From a virus: DNA of 47,102 nt. The notes below the pieces were generated by a model. The model saw nothing but the letters and a program-made list of their open reading frames with translations. It searched no databases and was not told the origin of the DNA. The stretch spans positions 1-47,102 of the IMG/VR virus record IMGVR_UViG_3300034025_000034; one strand, given 5' to 3'. The translations under genes and the position numbers were made by a program. Positions 7,797 to 15,430 of the stretch are shown piece after piece (within the stretch, counting starts at the first letter, position 1; each line of letters starts with the position of its first letter).

Positions 7797-8990
7797 TTAG
7801 TTATCCACTGCCGCCGACTTGAAGCCGCGCAGGAGGAAGTGGGTGATGCCGTGATGCACCTCGAGACCGCACTCGGTCAGGTACTCGTCGGTGCGGCCAT
7901 CGGTGCCACGGTCCTGACGATCCTTGAGGTAGATCGTGTCCTGCACATAGCGATAGCGCAGGTTCTCGGTATCGAGGATCAGAAGGTCCTCCGCGAGGAA
8001 TTGACCAGCCTGCCCGAACAGCGGATGCTCGGTCAGAACCAGCGTGCCGGCCGGAGTACGGAAACGGGTAACGTCCATCCCGTACTCCTTGCCACCCGGC
8101 TCCCACTGGTAGCTGGTGTTCTTGCGGACGATCTGGTTGAGGATCGTCATGGTCTTGACGCTGCCCCAAGCCAGCTTCTCCTTGCTGCCGTAAGCGAAGA
8201 TGGCGGCGAAGTAGCTTTCCAGCTCATCCATGTCGACACCGCCGGCAGTCACAGTCAGCATGTTGCTGGCCGGGATGAAGCTGAGGAGCCCGTCCGTGAA
8301 GCGGAGCGGCTGACCGGCTTCCAGCGTCTCGTAACGCTGGCCGAGGAACATCGCGCGCTCGATGCCCATGGCATGCTTGTGCAGCGCACGACGCTTATCT
8401 TCCGCCTCGGGGTTGCCGGTGATGTACGTCGTCTGCATCGCAGTCCGAGTCCACTCGATGGGATCACGGAAAATCTGCGTCACGTTGTCCTTCTGCGAAG
8501 GATTGTAGCTGACGCCGATCGAGCGCGGCGCGCCCTCGCGATAGGCCGACCCGATGTAGAGCATCTTGCCATTGGCCGCAGTGGCCGCTGCCGCGGTGCC
8601 GGCTGCCTTACCCGCTGCGCCGACTGCGCGCTGCACGGTGATGCTGGTGTCCGACACGATGCTGACGATGCGCATGGCCTCGAGCGTTGCGCTGACAAGC
8701 AGCATGTCCCCAGGCTTCAGCTTGGTGGCGCCGGTGCCGAGCACGTTGTCGATCGGGATCGTCGTCACAGCGTTGCTGATGTCTGCGCCCAGCTGGAAGC
8801 CGAACATCTGCGCATCTTCTTCCCACCACTTGAAGTTGGGGTCGGAGGTCTTTTCGCTCTTCATCATGCTGGTGAGAGCGAAAAGAGGCGCATTGCTGCG
8901 GGGCGACCGACGCAGGATACCTGCGCGGAAGTTCTTGGGTCGTTCGTCAACACCGAAATCTGCGGTGCTCTTCATGCCTGGAAGTGCCAT
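7797..8990 (-). CDS. Major capsid protein (397 aa)
   Basis: SD AGGA lies upstream. It follows the Ala/Pro-rich scaffold gene. Its size and beta/alpha-rich composition fit a capsid protein, and a hairpin follows its stop. This is the canonical portal-scaffold-capsid order. Confidence 0.7.
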   Translation of the reverse strand: MALPGMKSTADFGVDERPKNFRAGILRRSPRSNAPLFALTSMMKSEKTSDPNFKWWEEDAQMFGFQLGADISNAVTTIPIDNVLGTGATKLKPGDMLLVSATLEAMRIVSIVSDTSITVQRAVGAAGKAAGTAAAATAANGKMLYIGSAYREGAPRSIGVSYNPSQKDNVTQIFRDPIEWTRTAMQTTYITGNPEAEDKRRALHKHAMGIERAMFLGQRYETLEAGQPLRFTDGLLSFIPASNMLTVTAGGVDMDELESYFAAIFAYGSKEKLAWGSVKTMTILNQIVRKNTSYQWEPGGKEYGMDVTRFRTPAGTLVLTEHPLFGQAGQFLAEDLLILDTENLRYRYVQDTIYLKDRQDRGTDGRTDEYLTECGLEVHHGITHFLLRGFKSAAVDN

Positions 8991-9021
8991 CGTCCTGTCG
9001 TCCTATGTTGTAGGCGAGCAG

Positions 9022-10026
9022 CTAGTTGTCGAAACCGCCGCCGCCCATGATGTCGGCAATTTGATCCTCGATGCTTTCGGCAGTCTGTCCACCCTGCTGT
9101 TGACGAGTTCCTGCAGCCACAAAAGCGGCTGGACGAGCGGCGGGGGTAGGCGCTGAAGCGGGCGTAGCAGGGGCAGCCGGAGCTGCAATTCCTGCCAAAG
9201 CTGCTATCTTTGCCTGTGCCCGAGCAGCCATTGCTGCCCGATAGTTTTGGTCCCATGCAGCGTTCGGCTGCTCAGCACTTAACTCTCGCGCTGCCTCGAC
9301 TACAATAGTCTTGGCGAGCGGGTTGTTGAGTGCCGGGAACTCCCCGTAGAACTCATCCTGCATGGCCTTGGCTGTTTGGGCCTCAGTCTGCTGTGCAGTT
9401 TCCTGCTGGCGGCGCTCATCGCGCTGCTGCAAGGTCGTCTTCAGCGTGGTTTCGTATTCCGCTTTCACGCGCGTATGGATCGTGGATGCCAGCCCTCGGA
9501 CCAGCACGTTCATGGCCGAAGCGGCCTGTGCTGCATCTTCCGAGAAGATGGCGCTGGTCAGCTGTTCCGGGAGCACAAGCTCGTCATAAGACACCGGGAC
9601 GACAGTCTCCGGCTTAGCAGGTTCCTGGGCGGCTGGGGTTGGGGCTGCAGGAGCGGCAGCAGGTGCTGCTGAACGCGCCATAAGCTGGTCGAACTGCTCT
9701 TGGGTCAGTACAACCTGACCGGGAGCAGGTGCAGCGGGTGCTGCTGGGGTCGGAGCAGGTGCCGGCGCAGCAGGTGCGGGTTGCACCACAGGAGCTGCGG
9801 GTGCCGGTTCTGCGCCCACCTGGGGCGAAGGAGCTTCCAGAGGCCCATCGAGCGTCTGTGCGGCTGGTACGGGAGCGGAGGAAGGAGCATCAACCCCCGC
9901 TCCCGGCTGCGCTGCAGGTTCGGTGGGGGCACCTTGGCCTGCAGCAGCAACTTCGGCAGGAAGCTCGAAGACGGATGCCATCTGAGCTTCTTGATCTGCG
10001 ATAGTTTCCGGCGAGAAATCAACCAT
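9022..10026 (-). CDS. Scaffolding protein (334 aa from ATG 10026; the ORF track starts at 10062)
   Basis: It has an acidic N-terminus, a long Ala/Pro low-complexity linker (PAPAAPVVQPAPAAPAPAPTPAAPAAPAPG) and a helical charged C-terminal half. It lies between portal and capsid. I preferred MVDFSPE (ATG 10026, SD GGAAGGAG upstream), which overlaps the upstream stop by 8 nt. Confidence 0.65.
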   Translation of the reverse strand: MVDFSPETIADQEAQMASVFELPAEVAAAGQGAPTEPAAQPGAGVDAPSSAPVPAAQTLDGPLEAPSPQVGAEPAPAAPVVQPAPAAPAPAPTPAAPAAPAPGQVVLTQEQFDQLMARSAAPAAAPAAPTPAAQEPAKPETVVPVSYDELVLPEQLTSAIFSEDAAQAASAMNVLVRGLASTIHTRVKAEYETTLKTTLQQRDERRQQETAQQTEAQTAKAMQDEFYGEFPALNNPLAKTIVVEAARELSAEQPNAAWDQNYRAAMAARAQAKIAALAGIAAPAAPATPASAPTPAARPAAFVAAGTRQQQGGQTAESIEDQIADIMGGGGFDN

Positions 10027-10336
10027 TCGAGTTATCCTTTGCTCCTTCCGCTGCTTGCGCAACGTGGCTCTGTTCTAACAGCGTATCCCGCAAGAGATCA
10101 ATGCCTTGCGCGCGTCCTTGTAACACGGACGCCTGGGCCACTGCGCTTGGCGAGTTAAGCGGCGTGTTGGAGAGCGACACAAAGATTGCCTGCCGTGAAC
10201 CGAGCATGAGGCTAAGCAGCGCACCCATGCCTGGGTGTCCAAGGAGCTTCAACAGCTCCACGCGCTCTACATCGTCCAGCTCAGCTTTTGGCGGCTGGCT
10301 CTCTAGCCAGGCTTGCGCGCTTGAATAGTCTGTCAT
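10019..10336 (-). CDS. Hypothetical head-module protein (105 aa)
   Basis: SD GGAG precedes the ATG at 10336. It lies between portal and scaffold. Confidence 0.5.
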   Translation of the reverse strand: MTDYSSAQAWLESQPPKAELDDVERVELLKLLGHPGMGALLSLMLGSRQAIFVSLSNTPLNSPSAVAQASVLQGRAQGIDLLRDTLLEQSHVAQAAEGAKDNSNG

Positions 10337-10355
10337 GAGGTGCTCCTATTTGAGA

Positions 10356-10390
10356 ATGTACCACATTTCGTTGAACGGAATGTAACACAT
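10356..10390 (-). promoter_or_regulatory. Copy A of the conserved 35-bp quasi-palindrome (minus-strand orientation)
   Basis: The reverse complement atgtgttacattccgttcaacgaaatgtggtacat matches copy B (22001-22035) at 32/35 positions. It lies between the portal stop (10400) and the next start (10336). Confidence 0.8.
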
Positions 10391-10399
10391 AGCTGTTGT

Positions 10400-12478
10400 C
10401 TAGCCGCTGAAGCTGCTTCCAAGCATCAGAGGCCCTGCGGGTGCGGCAGGTCCGATCGGCACAAGGTTCGGGTCCTGGCTGGGATCGGCCATCGCACCTG
10501 CTTGCATTGGCGGCTGCTGTTGCTTGCGGAACGCATCAATGTTCTTTGCTCCGCCCAACACCGCAGTCTCCCCGAAGATTTTACCGATGTCGAACTGTTG
10601 GCGCAGCTCAGGGTCCTGCGCTACGCCCATCATGATCTCTTTCCAGACCTCGACCAGCGCCATCTTGTCGAACGGCAGCGTGCCATCGCTGACTTGATAG
10701 TTGAAGCTGCCGCAGAGCATGTCCGGCGTCAGCAGTTGACTTTGCTGCTTCTCATCACCGCTCACTTCCGCCCACATCTCATCAGGCATGAACTGCTGCG
10801 TGTTGCTGATCATCTGCTCGACCATGGGATGATACCCCTGAGCGCTGATGCGCACAGCATGCTGACTCAGCCGTCCGCCACCATTCTGCATAGCAATACG
10901 GGCCTCCGTCGCCGACCTGCGCCCACCAGCCGTCTGGATGCCGCGCATGTTGTCGTTAACACCTGTGATCGTATCCGCCAGTACGCGCATGTTCTGCATG
11001 TCACTCAGATGCCCCATGGTCACGTCCTGCACCATAAGCTGCATGATCGCATCTTTGACCGGCATGCCCATAGCCGTCTGCTTCAGCCGAATGATGCGGC
11101 CGATCGCACTGCTTCTGATGTCGCCCACGTCAATCCTCGCAGGGTCCACAGCAAAGCTGTTCTGTATGCTGCTGCGCACGTTTTCCATGCGCGAGCTAAC
11201 AAGCCAGCTGAGGATGTCCTGGAAGTTGCCGATCATGTCGCTCATGCTCAGCGACATAAAGTCGTGCCCGAAGGTCGTAGGCTCAGGCGCAATGTACGGA
11301 TGCTGATTGTGGATCATGCCAAGCGGTTCAGCCTGCATGATCTGCCCGCCTTCAAACCAGCTGAACTTCCACAGCGCGCTATCCTCTTCGCTGCCCAAGC
11401 CCCATTCCTTGGGCACCAGCCGAACGGTGCCTTCCGCAAGCAAGTGAAAACCTGTGACGTTGACAGGCTTGTTCTCGATGCTGACGCCTTGACCGATCCG
11501 CACACGCCTGTTGCTGTCGCCAACAACCTGATTGCGTTGGCCGCTCTTGACCCACTTGATGCCCTCTTCGACCCAGCTCAGCTGATTGCCGCGCGCCATG
11601 TCCTTCAGCACCGTTTCGCTGATCGACATCTCGCTGAACATGAAGTCGCCGCGCACGTTGCACTGGTGGATCGGCACGCGCGGGTCAGGGAAGAAGCTGT
11701 ACGGATCGACCGCCGAGACCACGTTGCCTGCGAAGGTCGTCGAGGTCATCAGCTCCCGGCGTCCGCCAGTCCAGCGAATGGCTTGTCCAGTACGCTCCTC
11801 CCAGGTAATCCGCGCTGGACCAAACCCGTAGTTGAGGCTGTCCCAGATGCCTTGCCACAGCGTCTCATATGCGCGGCTTGCGTCCAGCTGGCTCTGGATC
11901 GCAGTCTCCATATAGCGGCTGGCATCTGCCTGAGTGCCCCGCGTTGCCAGCAGCGGAAAGATGGGCTTGCGGCCCAAGAGCACGGTTGCGATGAAGGTGG
12001 CAGCTGCATGCAAGGTGGCATAGCTGTACGGCACGATGACCTTGAAGGGCTCAGGCGGGCTGGCCCCCTTCTGCTGCAAGTTGTTGACCACTGCCTCGTA
12101 GTCGTTCAGATACGTGTAGGCCTGCACCTTCTGCTCGTTGAGGTTCCACCTGTTATAGTGGTTGCTCATCTTCCCCTTGCTGAAGCGCAGCATGGCGTCC
12201 AGCTTGCCTCGCACGGTGTTATGCAGGTCAGAGCCGGGCTTGAGACGGTCGATCGCGGGGGTCGGCGGCTTGGGCGGTTCGGACCCGCCGAACATGTCGG
12301 ATAGGGCACCGGGAAGGGGGGTAGTGGGCACCGTGGCGGGCGATCCTAGGCCGGGAGTAGGGACCGGCCCCGCCATCGTCCCCATCGCCCCACCGGCCCC
12401 CACGGACGGCCCGCTAGGTGCCATTGCGCTCAGGTCGCCACCCTCAAACGGATTAAATGCCATCAGCCTGTTATCCAT
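10400..12478 (-). CDS. Portal protein (T7-type head-to-tail connector; about 692 aa from ATG 12478)
   Basis: It lies immediately downstream of the large terminase. Size and motifs fit podovirus connectors (VPYSYATLHAAATF, DPYSFFPDPRVP). The start is uncertain: TTG 12517, ATG 12478 or ATG 12463. Confidence 0.8.
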   Translation of the reverse strand: MDNRLMAFNPFEGGDLSAMAPSGPSVGAGGAMGTMAGPVPTPGLGSPATVPTTPLPGALSDMFGGSEPPKPPTPAIDRLKPGSDLHNTVRGKLDAMLRFSKGKMSNHYNRWNLNEQKVQAYTYLNDYEAVVNNLQQKGASPPEPFKVIVPYSYATLHAAATFIATVLLGRKPIFPLLATRGTQADASRYMETAIQSQLDASRAYETLWQGIWDSLNYGFGPARITWEERTGQAIRWTGGRRELMTSTTFAGNVVSAVDPYSFFPDPRVPIHQCNVRGDFMFSEMSISETVLKDMARGNQLSWVEEGIKWVKSGQRNQVVGDSNRRVRIGQGVSIENKPVNVTGFHLLAEGTVRLVPKEWGLGSEEDSALWKFSWFEGGQIMQAEPLGMIHNQHPYIAPEPTTFGHDFMSLSMSDMIGNFQDILSWLVSSRMENVRSSIQNSFAVDPARIDVGDIRSSAIGRIIRLKQTAMGMPVKDAIMQLMVQDVTMGHLSDMQNMRVLADTITGVNDNMRGIQTAGGRRSATEARIAMQNGGGRLSQHAVRISAQGYHPMVEQMISNTQQFMPDEMWAEVSGDEKQQSQLLTPDMLCGSFNYQVSDGTLPFDKMALVEVWKEIMMGVAQDPELRQQFDIGKIFGETAVLGGAKNIDAFRKQQQPPMQAGAMADPSQDPNLVPIGPAAPAGPLMLGSSFSG

Positions 12479-14180
12479 ATCTGCCAGAGGCCAGAGGAGA
12501 CGCAGCCCCTCCCACAATGTAGTTCCCTACCATTTGGTACGAGTCAGGCAATGCCGCCGCAACCGGGGCGTAGTCCCCAAGGTCTCGCCGCTCCTCGGGA
12601 ATGCTCAGCATCTGCGTCTCACCAAGAAGCGTCAGGGCCATAGCTGCGGCGTCAGGATAATCCTTCTTGCCGTTTGGCCAGTCGGCTAAGTTGCCCTCGA
12701 GCCCCGGTAGCGGCCGCAGATGCCTGATGACGCCAGCCTGGTAACGCGGGCTAAGCATGCCGACAATGCGCACCTCCTTCTTGGTATCCGTTCCCTGCGT
12801 AATGGCAGTGATCGGGAAGAAGTAACCCTTGCGCCCCATTTCCTCCTTCATCAGGAAGATCAGCGATGCTTGGTACGCCACAGCTTCAATGCCATTATGC
12901 GTGGTCTGCCATTTCCTGTGCATGTCAAAGAAAGCATCTATTTTGTCTCTAGGCGTCTTGCCTACTCCTCCCCACTCGTCGAGGAACCAGATAGCGCCGT
13001 CAGTTGCTCGGCGACCTGCGACAACGATGGTGGCATGGTCCGCTCCAGCTTTAGCGCTGATTGCAGGGTCGAGCGCCTGCGCGACGTGGACAAGATCGCT
13101 CCGCGAAGTAGGCTGGTAGATGAACTGCGACGGGAAGATGGCATCGTCAGTCACCCTGATGGAGGAGTCGATCTCACGAGTGAAGAAGCTGAGCTTGCCG
13201 ATGCTCCTATGGCGCTCGCGGTTGGCCTTGTACTTGGCATAGGGCATCTTGTACGCCCAGAGCATCTGCTGGTCATCCTCGTCCAGCAGATTGAGCTTCG
13301 CGCCAAACTTCACAGTGTTAAATTTTGGGTCCTTGTTCAGCGTCATCATCAGGCACTCGACACCCAAGAGCGTGCCAAGGTTGGTGATCTGCAGGGGCTG
13401 CTGCGCCCATTCCTCGCCAATCGCCCCATCCATATCCTGGCCCGCTTTTTCCACAGCACTGTAGAACCAGTTCTCGGTCTTCGTGCGTTCGGTGGGCGAG
13501 TCAGCCGTATCGTCATCCTCCACATCATCCAGGATTATGCGGTTCGGTCGTCTGGCATCGAAGTTAAGGCCTCGGACCTGCCCACCCCGTCCTCGAGCCA
13601 CAAGAATAGCCCCGTTCTTCAGCTGCAGCTGGTCGCTTTGCCACTTCTCGACATCGCTGCGAGTAGGTACAACATTCCCGTAAGCTGCGCGAAGAAGCTG
13701 GTTCCCTTCAAGCTGCATACGAATGTTTCCGAGCTGCGTCTCGCTATGAGGGCTAGACTTGGAGATATAGACGCAGAAGATCGTGCCATCAGTTATGACC
13801 TCGTACAGGTTTGCAGCATTAAGCAGCGTGGTCTTCGAGAAGCCCCTGGGTACAATGATGTTGTTATGGTCTCCTGCAACCAGCGCAATGCGCCCGTCAG
13901 CCGCTTTGACAAACGCATTGATCGGCGGCAGCTGATGGCCCGTCAGCGGGTCCTTCTCAGGATTTTGATAAACGAAGTAGCTGAGCAAGAAATCGTGCGC
14001 GTACTCGTACTCCGTCAGAAACTGCACCTTGCGCGTAATCAGCGCCAACAAGCCCAGGTGGAACGGCGGCATCTGGCTTGGGAACCAGTGACTGAGAAAG
14101 AAGCGGCAGAAATAAGCTGGGTCCCAGCTGCTACGCTCCACCGCTTGCTTCAGCAGCTCATTGTCTTGCGCCTTGCTCAT
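12471..14180 (-). CDS. terL: Terminase large subunit (569 aa)
   Basis: It has an N-terminal ATPase with a Walker-B-like IILDDVEDDD and a C-terminal nuclease-type region (ALDPAISAKAGADHATIVVAG). It lies directly upstream of the portal. Confidence 0.85.
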   Translation of the reverse strand: MSKAQDNELLKQAVERSSWDPAYFCRFFLSHWFPSQMPPFHLGLLALITRKVQFLTEYEYAHDFLLSYFVYQNPEKDPLTGHQLPPINAFVKAADGRIALVAGDHNNIIVPRGFSKTTLLNAANLYEVITDGTIFCVYISKSSPHSETQLGNIRMQLEGNQLLRAAYGNVVPTRSDVEKWQSDQLQLKNGAILVARGRGGQVRGLNFDARRPNRIILDDVEDDDTADSPTERTKTENWFYSAVEKAGQDMDGAIGEEWAQQPLQITNLGTLLGVECLMMTLNKDPKFNTVKFGAKLNLLDEDDQQMLWAYKMPYAKYKANRERHRSIGKLSFFTREIDSSIRVTDDAIFPSQFIYQPTSRSDLVHVAQALDPAISAKAGADHATIVVAGRRATDGAIWFLDEWGGVGKTPRDKIDAFFDMHRKWQTTHNGIEAVAYQASLIFLMKEEMGRKGYFFPITAITQGTDTKKEVRIVGMLSPRYQAGVIRHLRPLPGLEGNLADWPNGKKDYPDAAAMALTLLGETQMLSIPEERRDLGDYAPVAAALPDSYQMVGNYIVGGAASPLASGRYG

Positions 14181-14656
14181 GGCACGAGCAACGTAGGCGT
14201 AGGATCGCTGGCCAGCCAGCCGAGGGGCAGCAGCAGCCCGGCCATGCTCTTGATCGGCTCATGCTTCAGGCCCCGCACATTGCCCACCAACATCAGCGGA
14301 AACGTGCGCACGCCGAAGGCTGAGCTAACAATGGGCAGATACTCGTCGAGCAGCTTTCTATCTCGGCCGCTCTCCCAGTTCTTCTTTACCTCGATCACAA
14401 GGGCAATCTTCCTGTCAGCTTGAACAAGAACCGCATCAGGCGAACGCAGCTTCGCTTTTCCCGCTGTGTGGAACCAGGGCTCAACATACAACTTCCATTC
14501 GGGCAGGGACAAAGCACAATGAAGTTTGAGCAGCTTGTAGATGCGCCGATGGTATCGGATACCTGCTTCGATGGCACTGTTCGTCGCCTTCTTAGTGTTG
14601 GTACTCGCGCCCATCAGGGCCTTCTCGCTATGATACCACTGCTCAGCGCTACGCAT
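14177..14656 (-). CDS. PD-(D/E)XK-type nuclease (159 aa from ATG 14656)
   Basis: The motif is SPDAVLVQADRKIALVIEVKKN (PD ... E-V-K). Its start overlaps the small-terminase stop by 8 nt, and its stop overlaps the terL start (ATGA at 14177-14180). Confidence 0.6.
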   Translation of the reverse strand: MRSAEQWYHSEKALMGASTNTKKATNSAIEAGIRYHRRIYKLLKLHCALSLPEWKLYVEPWFHTAGKAKLRSPDAVLVQADRKIALVIEVKKNWESGRDRKLLDEYLPIVSSAFGVRTFPLMLVGNVRGLKHEPIKSMAGLLLPLGWLASDPTPTLLVP

Positions 14657-15302
14657 CCTTGGGCGCCTCGAGCACGCGCTGCTTAGCTTGCTCAAGCGGA
14701 ATGAGCAGCTCTCGGCTACCTGCACGCGCCTTCTGATTGAGCTCCTGGATGCGCGCATGGTCGATCAGGTGATGTTCCTCGACCACCTTGCTGGTGCTCT
14801 GCGGACCGTGGCCGCTGCGGTCCAGGCCCAGCTTCGCAATGCCGATCAGCTCGTTGACATCTTCGATGCTGTCGATCTTGTCGCTGAGCTTTTCAAGCGC
14901 TCGACCGCCGACCGTCCGCAGCCGTTCACCGATGACCTGCGCTGCACTGCCGTGCTGCAGCCGATACATTTCGATCAGCTCTTTCATAGCAGGATTGTTC
15001 AGCAACACACTAAGATACGGTGCTGTGTAGCCTGTGATCGTGGCGACCAGCTCCTGCTGCAAGCCCTGAGCCAGCAGCCGCGCAACGCTGTGGTGCTTCT
15101 CTTTGATCTTCTTCAGGTTGCCGGGGTCGTCCAGCTCCTGAATAGCTGCACTTGGCATCGGCGCATGCTCGTCCCCAGCCTCTTGCCCCCCACCGAGCAA
15201 GCTGGCCAGGTCTTCTGCCTCCAAAATGCCCTCAACCGTACAGGTGACAATAGTGCCGATCGGCCCCACCGCGTCCAGGTCTAGGTTATGCAGCCCGCTC
15301 AT
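14649..15302 (-). CDS. Putative terminase small subunit (217 aa from ATG 15302)
   Basis: SD AAGGAG precedes the ATG at 15302 (MSGLHNLDL). It has an HTH-like segment, HHSVARLLAQGLQQELVATITGYTAPYLSVLL. It is the first gene of the packaging operon. The longer ORF to 15521 lacks an SD and would run through a hairpin and promoter. Confidence 0.55.
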   Translation of the reverse strand: MSGLHNLDLDAVGPIGTIVTCTVEGILEAEDLASLLGGGQEAGDEHAPMPSAAIQELDDPGNLKKIKEKHHSVARLLAQGLQQELVATITGYTAPYLSVLLNNPAMKELIEMYRLQHGSAAQVIGERLRTVGGRALEKLSDKIDSIEDVNELIGIAKLGLDRSGHGPQSTSKVVEEHHLIDHARIQELNQKARAGSRELLIPLEQAKQRVLEAPKDA

Positions 15303-15323
15303 GTCTTGCTCCTTTACTCCGCC

Positions 15324-15352
15324 ACTTTGCCCAGACCCGGTAAAGTTGTCAA
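15324..15352 (-). promoter_or_regulatory. Candidate sigma70-type promoter for the terminase/structural operon
   Basis: The minus strand reads TTGACA (15352-15347), a 17-nt spacer, then CAAAGT (15329-15324). The -35 is perfect and the -10 is weak. It lies about 20 nt upstream of the small-terminase SD. Confidence 0.4.
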
Positions 15353-15390
15353 GCCTTTTGTTTGCGCCCCTAGTGCCCGGCAACAGCTTA

Positions 15391-15419
15391 GCCCCTGCAA
15401 AGTCTGGCTCTGCAGGGGC
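15391..15419 (-). terminator. Hairpin downstream of the 797-aa gene (9-bp stem)
   Basis: gcccctgca (15391-15399) pairs with tgcaggggc (15411-15419) around an 11-nt loop. There is no clear U tract. Confidence 0.4.
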
Positions 15420-15430
15420 GCTGCTTGTAT

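Noticed and set aside
7839-9050. A 403-aa plus-strand ORF antisense to the capsid gene. Similar antisense or out-of-frame ORFs occur at 4659-5561, 15887-16675, 43484-44391 and 46233-46988.
   Set aside because: These are shadow ORFs of GC-rich genes. They have no ribosome-binding sites and overlap well-supported structural genes along their full length.
10340-12304. A 654-aa plus-strand ORF antisense to the portal gene
   Set aside because: It has no SD and an Arg/His/Leu/Ala-rich low-information composition. It lies exactly opposite a gene with clear portal motifs. Long antisense ORFs are expected in GC-rich coding DNA because stop codons are depleted.
12720-14423. A 567-aa plus-strand ORF antisense to the large terminase and PD-(D/E)XK genes
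   Set aside because: The reasoning is the same as for the portal antisense ORF. The sense strand encodes recognisable terminase motifs, and the antisense product has no motifs and implausible composition.
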